Counted from the whole stretch's first letter, positions 29,084-41,100 are shown. The stretch is DNA of 62,866 bases, filler included, from an uncultured Methanosarcinales archaeon (GCA_964589485.1; 3 parts of 3 records of this genome joined end to end with filler, not necessarily neighbours in it), one strand, 5' to 3'. Made by a program: numbers and translations. Notes: generated by a model not told the origin, from the letters alone.

Positions 29084-29860
29084 TTACTCGACTATTATAT
29101 TTGCCAATAAACTTTCTGCATATGCAGCTGATGTGTAAGGAAATTTACCTTTTTCTTTGAAAGTAAAGCTATATTTCTCGTTAGGTTTTATTATTTCACT
29201 TCTAAAATATCCATATGGTTGTTTTGCATAAACTCTATGTGTTGTTCTTCCAATATTTTCCCATACAACAACATCATTTTTCTTAATAGTTAAATCATTT
29301 GGTTCTGCTTTACCTTTACTTAATTTTACAATATGGGTTGTAGGTAAATCAATTTCTTTAATAGTAATTTTTTTACCTGGACCTTTTGGTTTTAATTCAG
29401 AATTACTTTTAGTATTAATATTTTCAACTATTTTCCAAGAAGATCCATTTAAGTCAAAAGTAATTAGTAATTTACTATTATCTATGTTAAACTTGTCAGA
29501 AATAGTTATGTTGTGTATATTAATATTTTCTTTAACGTCTGTAATATATGCATTTACCTGACTTACAAATAATATTATTTTATTATATTCTCCTTTATCT
29601 AAAGGTATTTTAAGTAAACTAAACCCTAAATTTTCAATTTCAGTTAATTCTATTTCAGATGAATCTAAAAATAATTCTGCAGAACTACCCTCTTGGTAAA
29701 TTTTTACTTTATCAAATGTAATGCTAAAGCTATGGTATTCATCTAAATTTTTAGCATTTATTAGTAATTCAAAGTCACTTTTTTCAGGAATAATGTCTAA
29801 AGGTTTATCTTCTTGACATCCTACCAATAATATTAATATTAACATAATAATTCTTTTCAT
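29084..29860 (-). CDS. Lipoprotein with DUF4382-like region and C-terminal cupredoxin-like domain
   Basis: Lipobox LVGC; PNDLTIKKNDVVVWEN...H...YSFTF.EKG.FPY cupredoxin pattern. Confidence 0.6.
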   Translation of the reverse strand: MKRIIMLILILLVGCQEDKPLDIIPEKSDFELLINAKNLDEYHSFSITFDKVKIYQEGSSAELFLDSSEIELTEIENLGFSLLKIPLDKGEYNKIILFVSQVNAYITDVKENINIHNITISDKFNIDNSKLLITFDLNGSSWKIVENINTKSNSELKPKGPGKKITIKEIDLPTTHIVKLSKGKAEPNDLTIKKNDVVVWENIGRTTHRVYAKQPYGYFRSEIIKPNEKYSFTFKEKGKFPYTSAAYAESLLANIIVE

Positions 29861-29910
29861 ATATATAATAAATAGAAGAGTTTTTATATAATTTACTGAA
29901 TATTAATAGT

Positions 29911-30714
29911 GTGGCCCAAGAAAAAATATTAAAATTACTTATGAATAAGGATGATATTACTTGGCAAAGTCTTATTCATGAATTGGTTAAAAGTAATGAA
30001 ATTGATCCATGGGACGTTGATGTTTCTTTATTAACTCAAAAATATATTGAAATATTAAAAAAATTTAAAGAATTTGATTTTCATGTTTCTGGAAAAGTTG
30101 TATTGGCTGCAGCTATTTTGTTAAAGATTAAATCTTCTAAACTTGTGGGGGATGATATGAATGCATTAGATAGTTTATTTGCTCAATCACAACAAACTGA
30201 AGAAGAAGATTTTGATGATTTTGATGACGATGTTCATGAAGAAGCGAAAAATAAACAACAATATAATGAATTTAAACTTATACCCAGAACACCTCAACCT
30301 AGGAACCGTAAAGTTACAGTATATGATTTAATGGATGCTTTACAGAAAGCTTTAGAAGTTAAAAAAAGAAGAGTTGAAAGGTCAATTCCAGAGGGAATGA
30401 ATATTTCTTTGCCTAAAAAAAAGGTAGACATAAGTCAAGTAATACGTGATGTTTTTTCATCAATAAAGTTACATTTTCATAAGAATACATCTAAATTAAG
30501 TTTTAGTCATTTAGTACCTGATCAACCAAGCAGAGATGATAAAGTATACACTTTTATTCCATTGTTACATTTAAGTAACGCGAGAAAAGTAGATATGCAT
30601 CAAGAACAACATTTTGGAGATATTGATATTTATATGGCCGGAAAAGGTCCAAAAAGTGAATGGAATCCTGAAGAAAGTTCTTTAAAATATAGAAAGAAAA
30701 CAAAAAAAATTTAA
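29911..30714 (+). CDS. scpA: Segregation/condensation protein A (kleisin)
   Basis: IDPWDVDV, SGKVVLAAAILLKIKS, FIPLLHL and QEQHFGDI motifs. Confidence 0.9.
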   Translation: MAQEKILKLLMNKDDITWQSLIHELVKSNEIDPWDVDVSLLTQKYIEILKKFKEFDFHVSGKVVLAAAILLKIKSSKLVGDDMNALDSLFAQSQQTEEEDFDDFDDDVHEEAKNKQQYNEFKLIPRTPQPRNRKVTVYDLMDALQKALEVKKRRVERSIPEGMNISLPKKKVDISQVIRDVFSSIKLHFHKNTSKLSFSHLVPDQPSRDDKVYTFIPLLHLSNARKVDMHQEQHFGDIDIYMAGKGPKSEWNPEESSLKYRKKTKKI

Positions 30715-30737
30715 ATCATTAATTTTTCATTTTTTTA

Positions 30738-31487
30738 ATGATAAAAAAGAGTTTTGTTATTTTACCTAGGTTTAGTATAAATTCTGAAAAAAAGTTATGG
30801 GATAACGGTGTACATTCATGGGATCATTTTTTACAAAATTCAAATATTCCTGGTATTTCTCCTCAACAGAAATCATCTTGTGATGAATTTCTTACAAAGG
30901 CAAAACGAAATTTAGAAGTAAAGAATCATGATTTTTTCTATCATAATTTGCCAAAAGATGAACATTGGAGACTTTATCAAGAATTTAAGGAACATCTTGG
31001 ATTTGTTGATATTGAAACTACTGGTTTAAGTAAACATTATAATAAAATTACTACTATAAGTTTTTGGGATGGTAAAGAAGCAAGAACTTACATTAATGGA
31101 GATAACTTAACTGAAGAAAATATGATTAAAGAATTTGAAAAGCATAAAGTTTTGATTAGTTTTAATGGAAATACTTTTGATTTGCCTTTTATAAAAGAAA
31201 AATTTCCTTCGCTTAACTTGGACAAGCCACATATTGATTTACGATGGGTTGGATACAGGTTAGGACTAAAAGGAGGTTTAAAAAAAATTGAGAAAGATTT
31301 AGATATAGATAGAGGAAGTGAGTTAGCTGATGTAGATGGGTATGCTGCAGTTAAGTTATGGCATAGTTGGGAAAAAAGAGGGAATAAAGACGCATTAGAT
31401 TTATTGGTAAGGTATAATCAAGAGGATGTCATTAATTTAGAAAAATTAGGTAATTTAATGTATAATAGATTAAGCCAAAAAGTATAA
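30738..31487 (+). CDS. RNase H-like DEDDy exonuclease (YprB/MrfB-like)
   Basis: DIETTG, FNGNTFDLPFI, HIDL, GLKKIE and YNQEDV motifs. Confidence 0.85.
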   Translation: MIKKSFVILPRFSINSEKKLWDNGVHSWDHFLQNSNIPGISPQQKSSCDEFLTKAKRNLEVKNHDFFYHNLPKDEHWRLYQEFKEHLGFVDIETTGLSKHYNKITTISFWDGKEARTYINGDNLTEENMIKEFEKHKVLISFNGNTFDLPFIKEKFPSLNLDKPHIDLRWVGYRLGLKGGLKKIEKDLDIDRGSELADVDGYAAVKLWHSWEKRGNKDALDLLVRYNQEDVINLEKLGNLMYNRLSQKV

Positions 31488-31523
31488 AAAGCTTTATAAA
31501 TAAGGTTCTAGTGATGATGTTTT

Positions 31524-32189
31524 ATGCATCTTTACAAAGCTTTAGGAGACCCTAATATAGGATTATATTGTTTTACAACTAATAAATTCTGTTTAATAGG
31601 CATGGAAATTCCAGATAAACATGTTAAAAAGATAGAAGAAGCTCTATCTGTTCCAGTACATAGAATTACTATAGCGGGAACTTCAATGGTAGGTGCTTTT
31701 GTAAATGGAAATGATAATTGCTTATTAGTTCCAGAAATTACTTATGATGAAGAGTTAGAACAATTAGATAATCTTGGAATTAAATATAAAGTAATTACAA
31801 GTAAATTAACAGCATTGGGAAATAATATTATTTGTAATAATAATGGTATAGTTTTAAATCAAGATTTTTTACCTGAAACAGTAAAAGAAATAGAAGAAGC
31901 GTTAGGAATTAAATCAAACAAATTATCTATTGCTGATTTAGATACAGTTGGTTCTTTGGTTAGCTTAAACTCAAGTTACGCAATTGTACATTTTGACATT
32001 TCTGATGAAGAAATTCAAGCTATAGAGTCTACATTAAAGGTAAAATTATTTAAGGGGTCAGTAAATTTGGGAAACCCTTATATAAGATCAGGGTTATTGT
32101 GTAATGATAATGGTTTAGTCGCTGGTGGACTTACTAGTGGACCTGAGTTAGTAGATATTGACAAAAATTTAGGGTTTTTAGGTGATTAA
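31524..32189 (+). CDS. eif6: Translation initiation factor aIF6
   Basis: PNIGLY, TALGNNI, GSVNLG and TSGPEL motifs; next to prefoldin and ftsY. Confidence 0.92.
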   Translation: MHLYKALGDPNIGLYCFTTNKFCLIGMEIPDKHVKKIEEALSVPVHRITIAGTSMVGAFVNGNDNCLLVPEITYDEELEQLDNLGIKYKVITSKLTALGNNIICNNNGIVLNQDFLPETVKEIEEALGIKSNKLSIADLDTVGSLVSLNSSYAIVHFDISDEEIQAIESTLKVKLFKGSVNLGNPYIRSGLLCNDNGLVAGGLTSGPELVDIDKNLGFLGD

Positions 32190-32190
32190 T

Positions 32191-32589
32191 ATGGATCAAG
32201 AATTACAAGAAAAATATATGCAATTTCAAACGTTACATCAACAAGCTATGCAGTCTCAAAAACAAATTCAACAAATTTCTGATCAATTAGTAGAATTAAA
32301 TTTAATTAAAGATGGTCTAGTTGACATTTCTAAAACTAATTTAGATACTGAGTTATTAGTTCCGTTAAGTTCTGGAATTTTTGTTAAAGCAAAATTAATG
32401 GATAACGCTGAAGTTGTTGTAAATGTTGGAAATAATGTAAGTGTATCTAAAACAATGGATCAAGCAGACGTGTTAATTGATGAACAAATTACACAACTTC
32501 AAAAAGTTCAACATCAATTAACTTCAGACTTAAGTAAAATGGAAATGCAACTTAAATTATTCGAAGAACAAATTATGAAAGAAAAATAA
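32191..32589 (+). CDS. pfdA: Prefoldin subunit alpha
   Basis: Coiled coils flanking ELLVPLSSGIFVKA...VVVNVG; GGTGA SD before ATG 32191. Confidence 0.92.
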   Translation: MDQELQEKYMQFQTLHQQAMQSQKQIQQISDQLVELNLIKDGLVDISKTNLDTELLVPLSSGIFVKAKLMDNAEVVVNVGNNVSVSKTMDQADVLIDEQITQLQKVQHQLTSDLSKMEMQLKLFEEQIMKEK

Positions 32590-32595
32590 TAAAAA

Positions 32596-34400
32596 ATGTT
32601 AGGTTTTTTAAAAGATAAATTAAAAGGGGTCGTTGATAAGTTTACTAAAACTATTGATGAAACTGGTGAAGAGGATATTTCTGAAGTTAAAGATGAACCT
32701 ATTGATGAAGCTAATGAAGAAGTTTCTGAAGATGTCAAAGAAGACTCTTTAGATGAAGCTAATGAAGAAGTTTCTGAAGAAGTTAAAGAAGACTCTTTAG
32801 ATGAAGCTAATGAAGAAGTTTCTGAAGATGTTAAAGAAGACTCTTTGGATGAAGCTAATGAAGAAGTTTCTGAAGAAGTTAAAGAAGACTCTTTAGATGA
32901 AGNNNNNNNNNNNNNNNNNNNNNNNNNNNNNNNNNNNNNNNNNNNNNNNNNNNNNNNNNNNNNNNNNNNNNNNNNNNNNNNNNNNNNNNNNNNNNNNNNN
33001 NNGATGAAGCTAATGAAGAAGTTTCTGAAGAAGTTAAAGAAGACTCTTTAGATGAAGTTAAGGAAGAAGTAGTAACTGAACCTGAATTAACTCCTCCTAT
33101 TGAAGAAAAAGGATTTTTTTCTAGATTAAAAGAAAAATTCACAGGTGAACCTAAAAAAGATGTAATTCTGGAAAGAATTAAAAAGGAACATACAGTAGAA
33201 GAAGAAATAATTAAACAAGATAGAGAAAAGCATCAACAAGAAAAAGTAATAATTAAAAGTGTAAAAGAAGATATTCACAAGGCAAAAAAAGATATAAAAA
33301 ATAATAATATTGAAGAAGCAAGAGAAGAAATAAAAGAAGCTACTACAAAAATAGAAACCAAACCAACTGCAAACGAAATATTAGAAGATGTAGAAAAAAC
33401 TCAAGAAAGAATTAAGGAAGAAGTTGAACAAGTAAAGGAAGATATAAGTAATAAAGATGTTTCTAAAGCAAAGGAAGATTTAAAAGTTTTAAATGAAGAT
33501 TTAAATTCTGTTGAAGATGAAGCTTCTGGTTTTTTGGGTAAGTTAAAACAAAAAATAGTTACTAAAAAAATAAATGATGAACAATTTGAAACTATGTTTT
33601 GGGATTTAGAAGTAAGTTTATTGGAAAATAATGTTGCAGTGCAAGTTATAGATAAAATTAAATCAAGGTTAAGATCTGCATTAGTTGATAAACCTATAAA
33701 AAGATCAATGATTGAGAGAACAATTTTAAGTTCTTTGAAAAGTAGCATCGATGAGCTGTTTATTGATGGAAAAAAAATAATTGAATTAGTTAAAGAAAAA
33801 AATCCATATGTGATTTGTTTTGTTGGCATTAATGGAAGTGGAAAAACAACTACAATTGCAAAAGTTGCAAACATGTTAAAAAAGAATAATTTATCTTGTG
33901 TTATGGCTGCAGGAGATACTTTTAGAGCTGCAGCAATAGAACAGTTAAAAGAACATGCAGAAAATTTAGATATAAAATTTATTTCTCATGATTATGGAAG
34001 TGATGCAGCAGCAGTTGCATTTGATGCTATTGAGTATGCAAAATCAAAAAAAATAGATTGTGTTTTAATAGATACAGCTGGAAGGTTACATAGTAACGTA
34101 AATTTGATGGAAGAACTTAAAAAATTAATAAGAGTATCAAATCCAGACTTAAAACTTTTTGTAGGAGAAGCTATTACTGGAAATGATTGTGTTGAGCAAG
34201 CCGAACAATTTAATAATGCTGTAGGTATAGACGGTATTATTTTGGCTAAAGCAGACATAGATGATAAAGGTGGAGCAAGTATTAGTGTTAGTTTTATTAC
34301 GCAGAAACCAATTTATTTTCTTGGAACTGGTCAAAAATATGATGATTTAAAGGAATTTAATAAAGATATTATAATAAATAGTCTAGGACTCGAGGTGTGA
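32596..34400 (+). CDS. ftsY: Signal recognition particle receptor FtsY with long acidic repeat N-terminal region (spans N gap)
   Basis: The frame after the gap (from 33003) is open and in frame with the NG domain (GINGSGKTT, DTFRAAA, DTAGR, GTGQ); the same repeat lies on both sides of the gap. Confidence 0.9.
32704..33057 (+). repeat. 48-bp coding tandem repeat (DEANEEVSE[D/E]VKEDSL), at least 5 full units, true number unknown
   Basis: Units start at 32704, 32752, 32800, 32848, 32896, then 33003 and 33051; D and E variants alternate before the gap. Confidence 0.95.
32903..33002. other. Assembly gap (100 N) within the tandem repeat
   Basis: Plain N run with no linker. Confidence 0.95.
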
Positions 34401-34405
34401 AAAAT

Positions 34406-34741
34406 ATGGCTTTTCTTGAAAGTTTAATTATAAAATTAATTGCTGTCGGTATTAGTGTTTTAGTTTTACATAAAGTTTTACAACATTTTGATGAAGATAT
34501 TTCTTATAAACATAGTTTAATAGTTGCAGGAACTGTCGGGTTTATAGAATTTATACTAGGTTTATTTTCCTTTCCCGCAAACGCTCTAGTAACTTTTTTT
34601 GTTAGTTTATATTCTGGTTTTTTTATATTAAGACATATATTTAGATTAACTTTTTTAACTTCATTTAAAATTATTGGAATATGGTATCCTTTATATTTTA
34701 TTTTAGGAATGATTATTGTTACTATAATTCAATTAATGTGA
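34406..34741 (+). CDS. Small 4-TM membrane protein
   Basis: Hydrophobic; GAGGTG SD before ATG 34406. Confidence 0.65.
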   Translation: MAFLESLIIKLIAVGISVLVLHKVLQHFDEDISYKHSLIVAGTVGFIEFILGLFSFPANALVTFFVSLYSGFFILRHIFRLTFLTSFKIIGIWYPLYFILGMIIVTIIQLM

Positions 34742-35370
34742 AACTGTACTTTATTTTCAAAAAGTATTCCTTTTTTTAATTCCACAGGTCTCCAGTTATC
34801 TACAATTAAGTTAGCATTTAACCATGTAGATAATTCTAATGGGTTTCCTATTGTTGCAGATAGTGCAATTATTTGGCTATGTGAGATAATTTCTCTTAAC
34901 ATTGTAATAAGAATTTCTAATGTTGGCCCCCTTCCTGGGTCATTAATTAAATGTATTTCATCTATAACTATAGTTTTAATATATTTTAACCAAGGCGTAT
35001 GATGTCGTATTAAGCTATCTAGTTTTTCAGAAGTTGAAATTATAATATCATAATCACTTAAATAAGAATCATTTTTATCTAAATCTCCTATAGATAATGC
35101 AACTTTACATATTTTATCATATTTTGCTTTGAAATTTTTATATTTTTCAGAAGCTAATGCTTTTAATGGAACAATATATATTGCTTTTCCTTTGCCATTT
35201 AAAATATTTTTAATCATAGCCATTTCAGCTATTAATGTCTTTCCAGATGCAGTTGGAGTACATATTAAAACGCTTTTATCTTCTAATAGTCCAGCTTCTA
35301 TTGCTTTTTCTTGAGCAGGTCTTAGTTGACTAATTTTTTGATTTTCAAGAAATTTATTTAATTCGAACAT
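34729..35370 (-). CDS. Ski2/Hel308-like DEXH helicase, RecA domain 1 only
   Basis: Q motif LRPAQ, PTASGKT, PLKALA, DEIH, SAT and WRPVEL; stops before domain 2. Confidence 0.85.
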   Translation of the reverse strand: MFELNKFLENQKISQLRPAQEKAIEAGLLEDKSVLICTPTASGKTLIAEMAMIKNILNGKGKAIYIVPLKALASEKYKNFKAKYDKICKVALSIGDLDKNDSYLSDYDIIISTSEKLDSLIRHHTPWLKYIKTIVIDEIHLINDPGRGPTLEILITMLREIISHSQIIALSATIGNPLELSTWLNANLIVDNWRPVELKKGILFENKVQFHIN

Positions 35371-35512
35371 TCTATTAAGAATTTAGTTTATATTTAAATT
35401 AATTTCTCATTTTGTTACTTTTAGGAACTATATGTTCTATTACTACTTTTATATAGGTATTTTTGCTAAATATTTATAAATTTCATCTTTTTTAGACAAT
35501 AAAGGTAGAAAT

Positions 35513-38082
35513 ATGGGTCTTAATTTAAAGAATTATAATAATTTAGAGAAGTTAGTAAATGAAAACGAAAATCATAGGCATAGTTATTTCTTTACATTAG
35601 ATAAAAGCACTAATGAATTAATAAAACATTTTATGCAAGATGAACCCCTACCAGAAGGTTTAACTCAAGAAGATAGGGAAGAAGAACAATTTAGAAGAGC
35701 ATTGTTGAAAGCTTTTGACCCTAGGTTAAAAAACCCTTTTTTGCATCATTCAAATCCTGAAGGTTATGAAGGTTTTAGTTTACATGAGTTAATTCATAAA
35801 GCAAGTGATGGAAGTAGTTTTAAAGAATTATCTAAGCTAGTTGATTTTCTTACTACTAACAGTTTATTATTGGATCATCCAAATTCAAATGAAGTTGTTT
35901 CATTAGTGAGAAATACTAATGTCGCGGATAAAAATAATATTGATGCTTTTATTGAACAAATTTCTTTTTTAGAAGAATATAAATTGCAACCATCAATGAA
36001 AAAAATATTATTTATTGCTAAAGATTTACCTCAAGATGATGTAAATTATTATTTAAGTTTTTCAACTCCAACTTTACAAGTAAAACCAATGACTTTGAGA
36101 AGTGTTAGATCTCAAAAAGAAAGAATTATTGAATACGATATGGTTTTGTTAACTCCAGAGTTAGAAAGAAATATAAGAAATCTTAAAGTGAGGCAAAAAG
36201 GACTTAGGTCTTATGCTAGTTGTTTATATTCGTATCTTTTTGGTGAAATACCTAAGACTTTAGATTCTTTATTTCTAGAAGATATCCCTTTTCAAAGGTT
36301 TGTTAAAACTTATGATGAATTAATGAGTCAATTTAGAAATAGGGGAGTTCGAGCTAAAATTAGTAGGTCAAGAAATTATGATTTGGCTTTTAATATAATT
36401 AAAAATGGTAAATATAATTTGGTAAATGTTGATTCTGATTTTAGAGGGGATAATAATGGTCAAATAATGGATGCTCTTGATTCTATATATTACCTTAAGC
36501 GTGAATCTCCATCTGCTAATTTTTATTTGTTATTTGAAGGTGGACGAGAGTTAAGTGCAATTAAACTTAAAAAATTTCTAGATATACAACAAAGGTCTAA
36601 TTTTTCTACTCGATTTTTACAAGATGGAGATAAATCTTCTCTCTTTCATAGCTTTGTTAACCATGCTTCTAATGCGACTGTTATAGGTATGGAAAACTTG
36701 CCTTTGTCTAGAAAATTAGAATCTTTTGACATTAGCCCTTCTTCAAGATTATATGTTGATTTATTGGAAGAGTCTATAAACCAATTAAAATCCAAAATTT
36801 ATGTAAAAAGGGAGGCAGTAGAATTGTTTTTTAAGCTTATTTCAAGGTACTTGGATGGTTCTGTTTCAAAGGATGAAGTAAATGATTTATTTGATGCAAG
36901 ATTTGGATCATCCATAGATGATGTTGTTTCTCATATTCCTGAACAACATACAAATGATCAATATGTTGCCGGTAAAAAAGATGTATTGGGTATAAATGAG
37001 TTTATTTCTGGTTACTATTTATTACAATTTGTAAATACAGATGCTGTTAAGAACTTAACTATTATGAATACTTTGAGAAAAGATCTAGAAAGATATGGAA
37101 TAATGTTTCCTGAATTGTATGGTAGTTGGATAACACCTGAAAAAAAAGTTGGTTTTGGTTTAATTAAGGAATTAACTGGAGAAAGGTATGTTGATAAATT
37201 AAGGAGAGGTGAAATGTCAAAAGGTGAAATAAAAACATTGTTTAGTTTAGTTTTAAGGGATAATGCTATAATTGAACATAAAGTAGAAAATTATGAAAAA
37301 AGCTACGGAAGGTTCGAATTTAAAAGATTAAATTTGAGTAAATTAGTTAATTCTACTGTCAGGGAAGCTGTAGATATTTTTAATTTAGACTTTGGTGCTA
37401 AAAAAGTACGTAAGTTAACTAAGCCAATATTAGATTTTCTTAATGTTTTAAATCAACAAAAGTATAAATTTATTAAACGTGATCCTAATTTAACACATTA
37501 TTTTAATGAAGGCGGAACAAATCAACAAATAGATTGGGATAAAATTGATCAACTAACATATTCCCAAGAAAATATTGCACAACTAATTCTATATGTACCT
37601 GGAGCTTTGACTGTTAATGAAAAATCTTTTTATGAAAGTTTAGGTGTTTTGCACAGGTTGTCTGTTGGAAAAAGAGATTCTGTAGATCAAAGTGAATTAG
37701 AAAAAACCATTCAACTATTTAATAGTTCAGACCCTTCTAAAGGTGCACCAGTAGATATAAACGAACAATATAGTACTGTTGATGAAGTAAAAGAATATTT
37801 TGCAAGTAAAAATAGGGCATACGCTCTTAGGACATTTAGGTGTGCAGTAAATCGTGCAACAAGGTATGTTAAATTATGTAAAACTAATTTTAAAAAATTA
37901 AGAGGCAAAAATCTTACTTTTTTTGATCTTAAGCAAAGTGTTCAAGATTATAAAGCTTCAGATGATAAAAGGAAATGTACATTAACTAAAGTTTATGTTG
38001 ATCGTTTTGATGTTATAGAAGATGATATTAAAAATTATTTACATGAAGCAATTAGTTATGTAACGCAAGAAAGAGATAGTAA
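35513..38082 (+). CDS. Large hypothetical protein with putative degenerate REC domain and APH/protein-kinase-like domain (3'-truncated by spacer)
   Basis: Open for more than 850 codons; AFNIIKNGKYNLVNVD...ESPSANFYLL (REC-like); LIKELTGE, KRDPNLTHY and QIDWD (kinase-like). Domain calls are tentative. Confidence 0.6.
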
Positions 38083-38182
38083 NNNNNNNNNNNNNNNNNN
38101 NNNNNNNNNNNNNNNNNNNNNNNNNNTTAATTAATTAANNNNNNNNNNNNNNNNNNNNNNNNNNNNNNNNNNNNNNNNNNNN
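38083..38182. other. Artificial contig-join spacer (N44-TTAATTAATTAA-N44)
   Basis: Same design as 17373-17472. Confidence 0.95.
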
Positions 38183-38189
38183 TTCTTCT

Positions 38190-41100
38190 TCATTCTATTC
38201 CTTTACATGCGTCTCCTTGACTTGGGATGTCAAGCGAAAAACCATCTTTTAAACTATTAAAACCTTGTAACTGATTCAAGAGTCTTCCTATCTTTTTAGT
38301 ATAATGTATAATTTGACATTGAGACCCACCAATACTAGGATTATTAGGGTTACAACCAAGGCCACCTACTCCATAGAATAAACTTACTGGGTCATTTAAT
38401 ATTGATTTTATTTGTTGTCCGAATCTTTTCCAAATATGAACGAACGGAATTAATTGGAAGATTTCTCCGTATACATATTTACATTGCATGTATTCATGTT
38501 GCATTGTACATGCAGTTACAGGAATTCCTTGAGGAACTTTATTTTTTAAACAATCAATGTAAGTACATTTAATTTGTCTATATTTAGCTAAATTTTTAAC
38601 AATTCCAGCCGGACACATAGCAATCATACTAAGAACTAAACTATCTTGAGGGTTACGAGGCCATATTCCAACATCTGTAAATCCTCTACCTTCCAAATTG
38701 TTTTTAACATTAAACCCTAAGAAACTATTTTTAGCATTATTTCTTATTTTTTCAGTTTCTTTTGGACTTTCTTTACCATATTCTATTCCTGCAATAGTAT
38801 CATAATTAAAATTTCCAAATAAATTTAATTTATTACTTAAATGAGTACTTCCTTCATTACATGAACTAAATTCACAAAATTTATTTAAGTAACCACTTAT
38901 AGTTTCAACAAAACTAAACATTTTAGGACCTTTGCTAGGGGAAGCTTTACCAAGTGCAATGAAGAATGGTGTTTTTTGTTTTAATAGATCAAATAAACTT
39001 ACTATAGTTCCTATCCCAGATAACATTTGTTGGATTTTACAAGCTTTCTCAGTAAATGCTAAGAATTTTTCTAAAAATTTCAACTTTCCTGCAAGTTTAA
39101 ACAAACCATCTTTAGCGTCTTCAATTAACCTTTCAGTATTATCTGTTAAACTTCCTAAAGGCATGTCATAAAGTGGAACTTTAACAGTAAAATTATCATA
39201 TTCAGGCCTAGTTACAAAATTTCCAATTTGAGAAACAGTGCTAATCTCACAGTTGAATGATAAAGAAGTATCATCTTTCTTGAAAGCTTTTTTATTTAAC
39301 TTAAATTGCATTAATAAACTTTTTCCGGGAGTAGTGGAAATTTTAGCTTCTTCCTTAATATGTCCACCTTTATCAGTACAACTAATAACGTCAGCACTTA
39401 AGACTTTAGCATCGGCTCCAAATAACGGGACTTCTGCGAAAATGTCATATGAAATTTTAGCTTTAGTGTTTTTGTCAAGTCTACTTGGTAAAACTGTAAT
39501 TGCTCCAGTATTAACATTCCATACATCATGTTGATCATTCTCTCTAAATAAAATTGCAGTATTTTCTTCATGTCTAACTTCATTTGAAGCTCCATCTAAA
39601 AAAATTAATTCTGAAGTTAAAATGTTATCTTTAGGATGAGGTGTTAATAAAGTTCCAATGGTATCCCATTTACATAAATAATCATTATTTTCTTTAACAC
39701 AATCAGTTACAGGAATTAATGATCCTGTTAATTTAGTTAAATCAGCAATAGCTCTTACTGGACTTGTATCTTTTATTCGTGCTTCAATTGAAACTAAATC
39801 TCCTTGTACAAAATAATTACTTTTACCATTTTCACCAATTGCAAAATATTCAACTGAAATTATTTCAGGGTTAGTATTATCAACTTTAATTTTACCTTCC
39901 TGAGTTCCAGTAACTTGGTTCCCGGTATCATCAAAACTATCATCTGTTATGTATATTTTATGTAGACTATTGTCAGATAATCCTCTAACTTCAGCTTGAC
40001 CAAAACATGTCCAAATATTTCCAACTTGAGTACAATTTTTAGCTCTTGCCTTACTTAACCCAAGTGAAGTTAAATCAAACACTATATTTTTACCTAAAAC
40101 ATTATTTAATTTAGAGAAATAATTAAACCCTGAACCTGTTTCTTCAATTTTAGTAATGAATTTATTAACACCATTTTTCACGTAACAAAAATTATCATCA
40201 CAACCTTCAGTTCCAACCATTAAAACTTTAGGATCATCTCTATCGACTTTTAATAATTGATTTACAGTATATTCTCTTGCATTTCCTAATTTATCAGTTA
40301 CATGGAATTTTATTTTAACATTTTTACTATTTCCTTCAGAAATTCTTACTGCAACATTTTCCCAAACATATTCATCTTCTTCAATTTTAGAAAAAGGAAT
40401 AGGATCTGAACTTGGATTAAATTCACTAAAATCTGCAGTAACTTGATCTACTCCTGTTTTATCTGTCACTTTAACTCTTATTTCAAAAGTATTCCCTCTT
40501 CCTGATACATAAGTAAATTCGGCATTACCTTTCATGAATTTTAGACTATCTCTCATTAATTCAGGAGGAGTTATATCTGCATCAAAGTCACTTGTAGCTA
40601 AGGTAGTTTTTTGATTAAAGTTATCTGTAGCTTCAATTCTAATGTTTTGAATCCCGCTTTTAGTTAATGCAGATGAATGTTTGCCTTCATATTGACAACC
40701 ATCAAATGAAGTAATTACATTATTTCCTATTTTAACACTTTTTAATCCAGAACATTTGTTTAAACAACCAGTTTTGCAACTGAAGTCTTTAACTTTATAT
40801 TCAAATGTAATGTTTGGTCCTACTTGTTGCGGTGGTTTTGTAACAGTAATAGTTGGGGCAATATTATCTACATAGAATGGAATTGTTTTTGTGCTACTTT
40901 GTGTTTTAACAGTTAAACTATATCGTTTAGCTCTTATGTTAACTTGTTCTTCATGTGTACAATTAAAAATTCCATTTTTTTCTGTACATTTACCATTAAA
41001 AGGTTTAGCTTGAAGTCCTGTAGTTAATTTTACATCAGTGTTATTAATTTTTTCACTTGAAATAGATGTAATTATTTTTACTATGTCGTCTTCCCTTATG

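Noticed and set aside
32596..33051. Separate 151-aa ORF, or frameshifted/split ftsY
   Set aside because: The frame change comes from the arbitrary 100-N gap; the post-gap frame is continuous with the FtsY NG domain.
32704..33057. CRISPR array
   Set aside because: Head-to-tail in-frame 48-bp coding repeats with no unique spacers and no cas genes.
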